This document shows, piece by piece, positions 26,612-36,517 of a stretch of DNA of 64,000 nucleotides. Every line of letters starts with the position of its first letter. Positions within the stretch are counted from its first letter, which is position 1. Location of the stretch: positions 1,193,994 to 1,257,993 of the forward strand of contig JBFXEV010000001.1 in NCBI GenBank assembly GCA_050179755.1, read 5' to 3'. The notes below the pieces were generated by a model that was not told the origin of the DNA, made no database searches, and was given only the letters and a program-made list of their open reading frames with translations. This stretch comes from Candidatus Babeliales bacterium (GTDB lineage: Bacteria; Babelota; Babeliae; Babelales; JBFXEV01). Position numbers and translations under genes: made by a program.

Positions 26612-27353
26612 ATTTTATCTGCGTTTTTTTGTTCTTTCTGCTGCACTCTGTCCTTTACTGCTTTGTGCAATGGACGCAAGCATAGTATCACCTGAGAAAG
26701 CTGTGCCACCATCAGACATAGAAAGGCCTATAGCTTTTCCTCTTCATAGAGCTATTGCACAAGGCTTTATTACTGAATCCAGATTATTAGTGGATCATAA
26801 TTCACCTCTTGAACTCCGTGATGCTGATGGGCATACGCCACTGCAAGTTGTTTTTAATTCTCATTTGAATTCGCACACGCGTATTGTTCTTGCCAGTATA
26901 TTGATTGAAGCAGGAGCGAGCATGGAAGTCTTGGATGCCGAAAAATCACCACTTCTTTTTTCTTTAATTAAAAAAGTAAATTTAGATGGTGTTAGGTTAT
27001 TGCTTGGGTATGGTGTGAATCTTAGAAGTACTAATTTCCAAGGCAGAATGCCGTTAATATACGCAGATGAAAAAGTTAATACGTCTGAAAATCCTAAAAC
27101 AGAAGAAATATCAGATTTAATTGCACAGTATTTGGACGGAAAACGTAAACCTGAATTTGCGCATCTTATACAAACGCAAGCAGAGCGAGCGCGTTTATGT
27201 GCAGCAGCGCATCAAAGCGTGCTTGCTGCGTTACGGCAACAACGTGAAGTATTGGAAGAGCAAATGCGGTTGCGCCAAGCAGAAGCAGAACATCTTGCCA
27301 TGTTAGAAAAGAGTTTGCATTCCTCTGTTGATGAATCTGAATCAAAAAACTAG
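26604..27353 (+). CDS. Secreted ankyrin-repeat protein with coiled-coil tail
   Basis: PLHRAIAQG, GHTPLQV; LCA-MD. ATG 26604 preferred over the track start 26583. Confidence 0.85.
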   Translation: MNKFYLRFFVLSAALCPLLLCAMDASIVSPEKAVPPSDIERPIAFPLHRAIAQGFITESRLLVDHNSPLELRDADGHTPLQVVFNSHLNSHTRIVLASILIEAGASMEVLDAEKSPLLFSLIKKVNLDGVRLLLGYGVNLRSTNFQGRMPLIYADEKVNTSENPKTEEISDLIAQYLDGKRKPEFAHLIQTQAERARLCAAAHQSVLAALRQQREVLEEQMRLRQAEAEHLAMLEKSLHSSVDESESKN

Positions 27354-27427
27354 CTTGAAAGATGCAGTAACAAAAGCTACAATTGATCCAAACTAATAAC
27401 TCATCACACACTAGCAAAGGATCAATT

Positions 27428-29482
27428 ATGCTTAAGCATGTTTCAGTTTTTATCATTTCTTTGGCTGCGTTTTTGCCCAATACGTTCTATGCAATGGATC
27501 CTATAGAAATAGCAACGCCTGTCCCACAACCAACTTTGCAGCGCACTCAATCGTTACCAAATCGTAAACTACAGCACATGCCAAGTGTGTTAGATTTACA
27601 TCAATATGAACTTGATGAAGGTAACGAGCAGCAAAGGCAAGCACACGCTGTAACGGTAGCAAGGCAAACACAAGAGCGTCTTAATCGTATGTTCCATGAT
27701 GCCGTTGGTTTGGCTACCGGAGAAAAACCATTGGGAGTTCATGATGAAAGGCATGTGAGCAAACAATTTGCACGAGCGCGTGAACTGCTTGCCCGCGGTG
27801 CAGATAGTAAGTGGGGGTATCCGCTTGCTCATTTTCTTGTAGCATGTAAGTTGCAAGAAGAAGGCCATTGTTGCGAAGTATCTCTAGATCGTGATTTTGG
27901 TGTTCCAGTGCGGGTAACCAATTATTCTACGCGCAAAGTGCAAAATCCTATGCTTTACGGGCAAGCTCATGAATTTCTTGCGTGGCTTGTTGATAATGGC
28001 GCAGACGTTAATCAAGCATGGCCGCAAGACCGTGTTGATGGTTTTACGCATGTTGATGCTCGCGGTGATGAATGTAAATCTAACGTTGTAGCAAAAGCAA
28101 CGGGCATTGTGCCGTTAGCCTATGCATTGCAATTGTGCCGTGAAGGCTGCTGTGTGCAAAAATTGCTTGATGCAGGAGCACAACCCTATAAAGGTGCATT
28201 ATATTATGCATTTCATTCGGCAAATCCATCTGCTGCTTTATTGTTACTTGAAGCAGGTGCAGCGATTGATGAGTTAGATAATCAAGGCAATGGCGCCGCT
28301 CATTGGGCGCTTGCTTTGCATAGCCCAAAATTGCGGCTTGCGGCGCTTAAAGCTTTGCAAGAACGAGGAGCTTCCTTTTCTGTGCCAAATAAAGCGCGTC
28401 ACACTCCCTTGCATATGGCAGTATTTGGTGAATTGGTTAATGAAAATGGTCATACTTATTGGCGAGATATATTAAAAGATGATGCAAGCTGTTTAGCATT
28501 TTTGCTTGAACATGAGCCAGCTCTTAATGCAAAAGGTGCGCAAGGCGTTACTGCTTTGTATGCTGCAGTAGATATGCCAAGCGTGTTTTATGCTGAAAAT
28601 CTTGCGAGCATTTCTCATTCTTTAGCCCGATTTCAAAATGATGTTCCTGCTGGGCAAGCGCTTGCACAATTATGGAAAGATAAAAAGTCTTACGACTTTT
28701 TTGCACAAAATAATGCCATGGTTGCTTTGTTATTAGCAGCAAAGGCTGATACATCAATTGCTCAAAAGGATGGGTTTACGCCAATTCATCGAGCGGCACA
28801 ACGCGGCATGGCAGAATGCGTGCGCTTACTTATAGCGGCTGAGGCTTTGGTAGACGCACAGGATAAAGAGTTTTTAACGGCTTTGCATCACGTGGCAGTA
28901 GCTAAGATTCCTTATGCAGAAAAAGCACAAATTATTAAGTATCTTACCGAGGCAGGAGCAAGCACGGAAGCTATTGATAAAGAAGGTAATACTGCGCTTA
29001 TAAGGGCAGCCATTGCTGGTGATGTTGATGGAGTTTCGTTGTTACTAGGATTTGGTGCTCGCGTTGATGCACGTAATTATAGTATGTTTACAGCAGCTGA
29101 AATGGTTAGATCAAAAGAGTGTGGTTACAAGCGTTATGAAGATATTTTGAAGCTGCTTGCAGACTATGCTCAAGGCAAAAGAAAACCACATTCAAGAGAT
29201 GGTAAACCTTTTGTGGATATTGCAGAAGGTGCAACGAGTCCTGAACAGGTAGGTGATACGTTGGGTAATAATGAATGGCCTGTAGAAGAACAAAGAGCTG
29301 CTGAACTACAACTATTAACTCGTGCACTTGCGCGTATGGAGCGTGAAAAAGTTGCTGCGCACATGCCAACGCCAGAAGAAAAAGCGCTTAGAGATGCAGA
29401 AATACATGCTTTGCGTCAAGCCAAAAAGATTATTGAGGGGGAAAAGGCAACATCAACAGCGTTCCCAAGTGTGAGGGTTTAG
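27428..29482 (+). CDS. Secreted ankyrin-repeat protein
   Basis: Many ANK repeats (HTPLHMAV, GFTPIHRAA, GNTALIRAA); FYA-MD. ATG 27428 follows AAAGGA. Confidence 0.9.
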   Translation: MLKHVSVFIISLAAFLPNTFYAMDPIEIATPVPQPTLQRTQSLPNRKLQHMPSVLDLHQYELDEGNEQQRQAHAVTVARQTQERLNRMFHDAVGLATGEKPLGVHDERHVSKQFARARELLARGADSKWGYPLAHFLVACKLQEEGHCCEVSLDRDFGVPVRVTNYSTRKVQNPMLYGQAHEFLAWLVDNGADVNQAWPQDRVDGFTHVDARGDECKSNVVAKATGIVPLAYALQLCREGCCVQKLLDAGAQPYKGALYYAFHSANPSAALLLLEAGAAIDELDNQGNGAAHWALALHSPKLRLAALKALQERGASFSVPNKARHTPLHMAVFGELVNENGHTYWRDILKDDASCLAFLLEHEPALNAKGAQGVTALYAAVDMPSVFYAENLASISHSLARFQNDVPAGQALAQLWKDKKSYDFFAQNNAMVALLLAAKADTSIAQKDGFTPIHRAAQRGMAECVRLLIAAEALVDAQDKEFLTALHHVAVAKIPYAEKAQIIKYLTEAGASTEAIDKEGNTALIRAAIAGDVDGVSLLLGFGARVDARNYSMFTAAEMVRSKECGYKRYEDILKLLADYAQGKRKPHSRDGKPFVDIAEGATSPEQVGDTLGNNEWPVEEQRAAELQLLTRALARMEREKVAAHMPTPEEKALRDAEIHALRQAKKIIEGEKATSTAFPSVRV

Positions 29483-29525
29483 GGTATAATGAGGTATAAT
29501 TTGAATATCATTTGAAAGGGACTCT

Positions 29526-29969
29526 ATGAAAGTCTATTTAACTCAGAATGTACCAAAAGTGGGCATGGCAGGCGAAATTATTAATGTTTCCGATGGCTAT
29601 GCAGCAAACTTTTTATTACCGCGCAAATTGGGGGTTAAATTAACTCCTGAAAATGAAGCATTCTATAAAGGCAAAGTGGTGCAAGTGGCTCACCGTAAAG
29701 AAGTAATTGAAACTGAAACTTCTATGGTTGCAGAAAAAATTAAGGCTACAGAAGTAAAATTAAAGTGCAAAGTGCATGATGATGGTAAATTGTATGGTGC
29801 CATTTCGCAGCATGAAATAGTTGATGCTTTGCAAGAAAAAGGTATTACCATTGCCAAAAGCCAAGTAGTCTTTGATAAGTCTATCAAGAAAACTGGCACA
29901 CATACTGTTACCATTAAGATATCGTCTCGTTTACAACCGCAATTGACCGTTAAAGTGGTTGGTGAGTAA
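29526..29969 (+). CDS. rplI: 50S ribosomal protein L9
   Basis: MKVYL..VPKVG.AGEIINVSDGYAANFLLP; GKLYGAI. Confidence 0.96.
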   Translation: MKVYLTQNVPKVGMAGEIINVSDGYAANFLLPRKLGVKLTPENEAFYKGKVVQVAHRKEVIETETSMVAEKIKATEVKLKCKVHDDGKLYGAISQHEIVDALQEKGITIAKSQVVFDKSIKKTGTHTVTIKISSRLQPQLTVKVVGE

Positions 29970-30003
29970 TTTATTGATTTAAGCGTAGGAAAAAGTTCAT
30001 CAT

Positions 30004-31389
30004 ATGTCATCAACAGCCCTACGCCCCAAACATAAATCTCACGATGCGGCTCAGATATTGGGCAAACGTTTGCCTTATTCTGATGAAGCAGAAAAAGCAG
30101 TGCTTGGTGCATTGCTTCTTAATGATGAGTATATGCACCAAGTTTCCGAATTCTTATTACCAAGTGATTATTATCATACTGCACATCGCATTATTTTTCA
30201 GGTAATGCTGGAACTTGTGGCTCAAGAAAAGCGGATTGATATTATTACGCTTCAAGACCATCTTACCAAAACAGAACAGCTTGAAGCTGTTGGTGGTATC
30301 GTATATTTGATGGCATTACAAGAAGATATTCCTTCTGTAGGTTTGATTAGCCAGCACGCCAAAATTATTAAAGAAAAAGCTGTGCTGCGCGAACTTATTA
30401 ACTCTGCCACACAAATTATTGGTACGTGTTATGCGCAAGATGATAAAGAGATAGATGCTGTGCTTGATCAAGCAGAGCAAACTATCATGCAAATAGCAAA
30501 TAAGCGTGCGCAGCAAAGTTTTGTGCAGCTTAATATTTGGCTTAAAAAGACCTTTGTTCATTTAACTGATATCAGGAAAAGCCGCAAAGGCATTACTGGT
30601 GTGCCTACTGGGTATCACAAGCTTGATGCAATGACCTCTGGTTGGCAGCCAGGAGATTTTGTGGTGCTTGCCGCGCGGCCTTCTATGGGTAAAACAGCGC
30701 TTGCGCTTTCTCTTGCTATGCATGCAGCACAATCGGGTGGCAGTGTGGGTTTTTTCTCGCTTGAAATGTCTGCAGAGCAGTTGACTATGCGTTTGCTTTC
30801 ATCGCAATCGGGCGTGGCGCATCATGGCATTCGTAATGCAACCATTAACACTAATGAATGGACAAGTTTAACCAACGTGGCAGCTCAAATGGGCACCATG
30901 AAGTTGTTTATTGATGATACGGCAATGGTGAGTATTATGGATTTACGGGCAAAAGCTCGTAAACTTAAAATTGATCAAGGCCTTTCTCTGCTGGTGATTG
31001 ACTATTTGCAGCTCTTGCATTCAACGCAAAAGCATGAAAATAGACATCAAGAAGTTTCTACTATTTCTCGTTCGCTTAAAGCACTTGCTAAAGAACTTGG
31101 AATTCCTATAATCGCTTTATCTCAGTTATCGCGTGCTGTTGATAGCAGGCTTGATAAACGCCCAATGCTTTCTGACCTACGGGAATCTGGTGCAATCGAG
31201 CAAGATGCAGATGTTATCATGTTCTTGTACCGCGACATTGTCTATAATCCTGATACAGAAAATCCAGCACTTGCGGAACTTATTATTGGCAAACAGCGCA
31301 ACGGCCCTACGGGCACGGTATATTTAAATTTTATGCGCGAGCTTACGCGTTTTGACGAAGCAGATTATGAAGGCTCTGGGCCTGAGTAA
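30004..31389 (+). CDS. dnaB: Replicative DNA helicase
   Basis: AARPSMGKT, FSLEM, IDYLQL, LSQLSR, DLRESGAIEQDAD, KQRNGPTG. Confidence 0.97.
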   Translation: MSSTALRPKHKSHDAAQILGKRLPYSDEAEKAVLGALLLNDEYMHQVSEFLLPSDYYHTAHRIIFQVMLELVAQEKRIDIITLQDHLTKTEQLEAVGGIVYLMALQEDIPSVGLISQHAKIIKEKAVLRELINSATQIIGTCYAQDDKEIDAVLDQAEQTIMQIANKRAQQSFVQLNIWLKKTFVHLTDIRKSRKGITGVPTGYHKLDAMTSGWQPGDFVVLAARPSMGKTALALSLAMHAAQSGGSVGFFSLEMSAEQLTMRLLSSQSGVAHHGIRNATINTNEWTSLTNVAAQMGTMKLFIDDTAMVSIMDLRAKARKLKIDQGLSLLVIDYLQLLHSTQKHENRHQEVSTISRSLKALAKELGIPIIALSQLSRAVDSRLDKRPMLSDLRESGAIEQDADVIMFLYRDIVYNPDTENPALAELIIGKQRNGPTGTVYLNFMRELTRFDEADYEGSGPE

Positions 31390-31420
31390 TTGACGAGCTA
31401 GCTAAGAACATTAAGATATT

Positions 31421-32860
31421 TCAGCATATCACACAGCACATCGCAGCAGGTGTTCCTAAGGATCTTGCAACTTGTGTTGTTGGTGCATTTTCAGCAGCAA
31501 GAGGCTCTTCAGGCGCATCCTGCGTAATTAAAACTTCAGGAGCCTCAGGAGACATCACAAGTGACCACGCAGCTTTAAACGGATTAGTTCCTGGTAGCTG
31601 TGCAACTGCATCTTCCCGCTCTGCATGTATAAATGCTGCACAATCATTTTCAAGCGTTTCGGGTTTCAAAAGTACTGTGCCTTCAATTTCAACGTCAACT
31701 GGTATTGAGGTTAGTTCAATATCATGTGCAGTTTTATAGTTTGCATTACGTATCAAAAGTATTTGCTGTAATTTCTTTGTACGTATGACGAGTGCTTGAA
31801 CGCCAGCTGTTATGGTATTATTATCGTTTGCATGCAATATCTGGCGCAGTAGCTTAGGTTGCATATGGCAGTGGGGAATTACTAGCTTATTGCGATCGCC
31901 ATACAATTCAGGGGACAATCTTCTTATACAACATAAAAAAGTGAAGATGCTTTTACAATCCGTTGTGCCATGAAAAAGTGCATGATACAACAATAATTTT
32001 TTTGCATGAACAATCATTTCTCGAGCAAATAGATCAACCCCATTTTTTATGCCAGTATATGATTGTGCTGCCATGTGAAACGGCGAAGATCCAACACCAA
32101 TATCATTTTTGATACGGCGAGGGTGATGATAAATTTCATATTCTGAATTATCTCTTTGGTCCTCTTGTGTGAGCGTTTCAAGATTAGCGCCACCATCGAG
32201 CAATAGAGAAAGTGTAGTTGTGTCCCAATCAGTATCTAATGCATAATGTATAGGGGCTCTGCCAGTGTACGCAATTGTATTGAGCGGCACTCCGTGTGCA
32301 ATTAATAATTTTAATGCTTCATGTGCTCTAAAATAGGCTGAAAGATGGCAACCGGTGATGTGGGGTGTGCCCATTAGGTTGGCATGTGAGCGAACTAGTT
32401 CTTGCAGTGCATCTACATTATTATAAGATGCTGCATATTCAACCGGAGCTTTGCCATATGCATCGCGGTGGCTTGCATTTGCTTTAAATTCAAGTAAGAG
32501 TGCGACTAGTGCTTTTTGCGATACACCAATTCTTTCAAAATCGGTAGGAGACGTGTCACATACTTCAATAAGAGCCGTGCGATTTTCCGCAAACGGTGCA
32601 TCAACCTCTGCACCTTGCTCTAATAAATTGCGCAGTGTACTAACACTCTCATATGCATAATGTTGAGAGTACCCGTTACGGCTAAGAACATCTTGACGTA
32701 AGAGCCGCACTACAGCAGAAGTAAACATCTTGTTGCGTTCTTCCTGTTTTATTGCTTGTTCATCTGATTCAAGCATATGGTCCATGGCCTGCATATTTGT
32801 AGAACCTGTTAAGAGGAATAAAGGAGCAAGGAGAAAAATGCTATTTAATAAATAACGCAT
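31421..32860 (-). CDS. Secreted ankyrin protein ending in CaaX (CCVIC)
   Basis: ANK repeats; MQA-MD; C-terminus AAMCCVIC*. Confidence 0.88.
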   Translation of the reverse strand: MRYLLNSIFLLAPLFLLTGSTNMQAMDHMLESDEQAIKQEERNKMFTSAVVRLLRQDVLSRNGYSQHYAYESVSTLRNLLEQGAEVDAPFAENRTALIEVCDTSPTDFERIGVSQKALVALLLEFKANASHRDAYGKAPVEYAASYNNVDALQELVRSHANLMGTPHITGCHLSAYFRAHEALKLLIAHGVPLNTIAYTGRAPIHYALDTDWDTTTLSLLLDGGANLETLTQEDQRDNSEYEIYHHPRRIKNDIGVGSSPFHMAAQSYTGIKNGVDLFAREMIVHAKKLLLYHALFHGTTDCKSIFTFLCCIRRLSPELYGDRNKLVIPHCHMQPKLLRQILHANDNNTITAGVQALVIRTKKLQQILLIRNANYKTAHDIELTSIPVDVEIEGTVLLKPETLENDCAAFIHAEREDAVAQLPGTNPFKAAWSLVMSPEAPEVLITQDAPEEPLAAENAPTTQVARSLGTPAAMCCVIC

Positions 32861-34149
32861 GATTCTTTTACTTTGTCAGCATATAATTGAATAGTTGTTT
32901 TTATGTTAGGCATCCATGCAGATGGTGCATCTTGTTCCAAGTTACCATAATACCCGGCTTTTAGCACATTCCAATTTGAAAGGCCATCAAGGTTATTAGT
33001 GCGAACTGCTTCTATAAATTGTTGTAAATGTTCATCATACATTGTATAGAGTAGGAGAGTATGTGATGAATTATTTTTGCTCTGTGCTTTGGCAAAGCAT
33101 TCACATTTATATGCAGTACTACCGCGTTCATTTTCAGCAGCAACTATTGTTTTTAGAAATGCCAGTCGTGTGGCTAGTAACTTATACGCTAATGGAAACA
33201 TTTTATTCTTTGAAGCTAAGACACAGACCAATACTGTTGGTGAAAAATGCTTGACTAAGTACGGTATGAGTGGTTCCATAATGCCATTGTGCAGATCTTT
33301 AGAATGAACTATTCGGTTTAAGCAACATAAAAAAGTAAGCATTCCTTTGTTGGTAATTGGTTTGCGGCCAGGAAAAAATAATGCATGATGCAAAAGAACG
33401 CGTTGAAGTGCTTGTGAATTCTTTGTTGGTTGTGCCACAAGATGAAAAACGGTAGAACCAGCTAGAATTAAAGTTGATGCGGTAGCATCTACTATTTCTG
33501 TAGTGCTTGTATCAAGCCTCGCTCCATGTGTTAACAGCACTGCAGCAGCTTTAGGTTTTTCCAAGTACACTGCAAGATGAAGTGGTGACATGCCAGATCG
33601 TTCAAGGCAATTCATATCTGCTCCAGCATTGCCAAGCCAAGTAATACACCTTACGCAGTTGTTATTCGCTGCTTTATGACACGGAGTCCAATCACGGTAA
33701 TTTCGTGCATTAAGATCACCCTGTGCATTTTTAAGTAATTCAAGAGCATGAACACGATCATACTGTGCTGCATAGTGTATGGGTGTTTGCTGTGAGTTAT
33801 CTCTAGCGTTAGGATCGGCTCCGTGCGCAAGTAATATGGCAACTAAGTCATCTTTGCCATGAGAAGGAACCTGCCGCGGATCTTTGAAATAACTTAATTT
33901 GGGATTATCATTCCTGGAGTTTGCAATAATAACAGCGTGCAATGCAGCCTGCCCCAGCTCATTTCGAGCATTCACTTGTGCACCTTGGTTTAAACACTGA
34001 GTAACTCCATTTACGTCGTTTAAAGAAGCATAAGTAATAAGACTTTCATTGAGTTGAGTTTGTTTTACGGGATCAATTTCTTTAGCCATTGCTTGTGCAT
34101 TGCTCGAGCTTAACGTACAGATTAGCCATAGTATTAACAAATCACGCAT
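32845..34149 (-). CDS. Secreted ankyrin protein ending in CaaX-like (CVIY)
   Basis: ANK repeats; AQA-MA; C-terminus KESCVIY*. Confidence 0.88.
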   Translation of the reverse strand: MRDLLILWLICTLSSSNAQAMAKEIDPVKQTQLNESLITYASLNDVNGVTQCLNQGAQVNARNELGQAALHAVIIANSRNDNPKLSYFKDPRQVPSHGKDDLVAILLAHGADPNARDNSQQTPIHYAAQYDRVHALELLKNAQGDLNARNYRDWTPCHKAANNNCVRCITWLGNAGADMNCLERSGMSPLHLAVYLEKPKAAAVLLTHGARLDTSTTEIVDATASTLILAGSTVFHLVAQPTKNSQALQRVLLHHALFFPGRKPITNKGMLTFLCCLNRIVHSKDLHNGIMEPLIPYLVKHFSPTVLVCVLASKNKMFPLAYKLLATRLAFLKTIVAAENERGSTAYKCECFAKAQSKNNSSHTLLLYTMYDEHLQQFIEAVRTNNLDGLSNWNVLKAGYYGNLEQDAPSAWMPNIKTTIQLYADKVKESCVIY

Positions 34150-35327
34150 TTTGATCCACTTCGGTTGAGCATTTCATCATAAGCAGCTTTAAACATATTG
34201 TTGCGAGCAATTTTATCTAGAGTGCCTTGCTCAAGCGCAGTAATAAAATTTTCCATATCCGTTTGCACTATTTCAGGAGAGAAATAGACGTGTGATACAT
34301 TACCTTTGTGCGTTTTGCTTTCAATTGCTGCAGCGGTATTTTTAGCGCTATCTTCTACCACCAAAATCTCGCGTAAGCGATTTGCTCGTCGAGTTAATAA
34401 TGAACGTGCTTGTGCGCGTGTTTGTTGGTCGCGACTAATAAGCATATCTACAAAAGAAACTCTCTGTGGATCTTTATTCCAAGGGTCAAAAAGGAGCGCA
34501 TGGCACAATAAAACTTTTTTCATGGCAACTCTGTCATGAAAGGCTGCTACATGAAATGGTGTTGCTCCTGTGGCAAATGGCAAGCCTAATCTTAATTTAG
34601 ATCGTTCGATTTTGGGAGCTTGTGTTGTGATATCAAGCTGCCCACCATGTGATAAAACTGTATGTAACGTGTCAGCATTTTCATGCCCGCCATGAAACGC
34701 TCCATGATTATCTACAATTGCCCAATGTACCGGTGCGCCGCCAAATTTATCAATACAATTCATGTTCGCGCCGGCACTGTGCAACCATGCAAGCGTTCTG
34801 AGTGCACGCCATTCTACGGCTATAGAGGCTGCAGTGCAACCATCATTAGTCTGCGCATCTGGATTTGCACCAGCTTTTTTAAGTAATTCAAGAACGGGAA
34901 TATTATCACGAGATGCTGCCTCATAGAAAGGAGTAGCAAGATACCAGTTTGGCGCATGCACATCAGCGCCTTGTGCAAGAAGATAGGCAACCAATTGCGT
35001 GCTATTTCCTGCAAAGGAGCATGCTTCATGCAAAGCGGTTTGGCCCCATTTGTTAGCCCCATTAATTTGAGCGCCCTGTGCAAGGCATGCTTTGACTGAT
35101 TTCAATGAATTTTGAGCAGCGCTCTCAATCAGAAATTCATTGAGCAAATTTTGTGCATTCTCTTCTGATTGCTCGTGTGTTTGTGCTGCGCCTAGGCTTT
35201 GCGCGGCTTGTGGTTTGCTCTGTGCAAACAGAGGAGTTCTCTCGTCTGGTACGTATACAGCTTCCATAGCTTGTGCCTTTGAAAAAATACATACAAGCGT
35301 AAAAATAACTTGTGTTATATGAAGCAT
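34134..35327 (-). CDS. Secreted ankyrin protein ending in CaaX (CVIC)
   Basis: ANK repeats; AQA-ME; C-terminus SGSKCVIC*. Confidence 0.88.
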   Translation of the reverse strand: MLHITQVIFTLVCIFSKAQAMEAVYVPDERTPLFAQSKPQAAQSLGAAQTHEQSEENAQNLLNEFLIESAAQNSLKSVKACLAQGAQINGANKWGQTALHEACSFAGNSTQLVAYLLAQGADVHAPNWYLATPFYEAASRDNIPVLELLKKAGANPDAQTNDGCTAASIAVEWRALRTLAWLHSAGANMNCIDKFGGAPVHWAIVDNHGAFHGGHENADTLHTVLSHGGQLDITTQAPKIERSKLRLGLPFATGATPFHVAAFHDRVAMKKVLLCHALLFDPWNKDPQRVSFVDMLISRDQQTRAQARSLLTRRANRLREILVVEDSAKNTAAAIESKTHKGNVSHVYFSPEIVQTDMENFITALEQGTLDKIARNNMFKAAYDEMLNRSGSKCVIC

Positions 35328-35681
35328 ATTATTTTCCTATTAATTATAAGCGCATATGTTGCTTTAAAATTGGTTAATGTCCGGCTGAGTTGTGAATTGT
35401 CAATGCAACCAATACTATGCTGGCAAATTTAAGAGTTTACGAGGAGGCTGTTATGTTACTCTATTTTTCCTCACATGTATTTCAACAAGAACATAGTATA
35501 TTGAAAGTTTGCCAATTTGCCAGTCAGATAAGTCCGTAATTATTTGGCGGTGTAAGTATAATATTGCAGTATAATTAAGCTAATTTATTTAAGTAAACGG
35601 TATTTGCGGATCAATTTCTTTTAATGCTTCTGTGCACTTTGTTATACTACCCTCGAATAGTAATAAAATTATTGCAGAGGG

Positions 35682-36458
35682 TTGTGTGTTATGAAAATGT
35701 TATATGCATTAGTAGGTATAAGCATGTTAGGGCTGTCAGTAATGGTTTTTAGTAAAGAAGAGTTTTTAGTTATAGGGCACCGTGGCGCCTGTGGCTATGT
35801 ACCAGAAAATACGCTTTCATCTTTTAAAAAAGCGGTTGAGCTTGGTGTAGACATGATAGAGTTTGATGTGCATTGTTGTGCATCAGGCGAACTTATGGTG
35901 ATCCATGATAATACGCTCGACCGTACAACAAACACCACAGGTTATATAAAAGATTTTACCTTAGATCAACTAAATAACGCGGTTAACATAAAAAATTCAA
36001 AAGAGCGTATTCCAACGCTTAACGAAGTTCTTGATACTATTGGTCACGCAGCAATGATTGCCATTGAATTAAAAGGACCTGGTACCGCGCAGCCCGTCGC
36101 GCGTATTGTGCAAGAGTATTTAGATAAGGGGTGGCACTCGGATAATTTTTATATTCTCTCATTTGATCATCTGCAACTTCAAGAATTCCATGAATATTTA
36201 CCTGAGATTAAGCGTTGCGCAACTGTATATGGTATGCCACTTGAATATCCTCTCTATGCAAAAAAGCACGGCTTTAATGCCGTGGCAACATGTTATGAAT
36301 ATGCTACTCAACAATTTGTGGCTGCGGCGCATAAAGCAGGGCTTAAGGTATTTATATATACAGCCAATGATCCACATATTATCAAAAAGCTGCTTGAGAT
36401 TGGCGTTGATGGCATATTTTCAGATTATCCTGATAGAATTCAGCACGAACTGAAATAG
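35682..36458 (+). CDS. Glycerophosphodiester phosphodiesterase
   Basis: IGHRGACGYVPENT, IEFDVH, IHD, IELK, GVDGIFSDYPD. Confidence 0.93.
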   Translation: MCVMKMLYALVGISMLGLSVMVFSKEEFLVIGHRGACGYVPENTLSSFKKAVELGVDMIEFDVHCCASGELMVIHDNTLDRTTNTTGYIKDFTLDQLNNAVNIKNSKERIPTLNEVLDTIGHAAMIAIELKGPGTAQPVARIVQEYLDKGWHSDNFYILSFDHLQLQEFHEYLPEIKRCATVYGMPLEYPLYAKKHGFNAVATCYEYATQQFVAAAHKAGLKVFIYTANDPHIIKKLLEIGVDGIFSDYPDRIQHELK

Positions 36459-36517
36459 AAAACTGAGCATCACGACGAATTTTATCATAATGGTGCATGG
36501 TTATCTTTGTAAGATTA

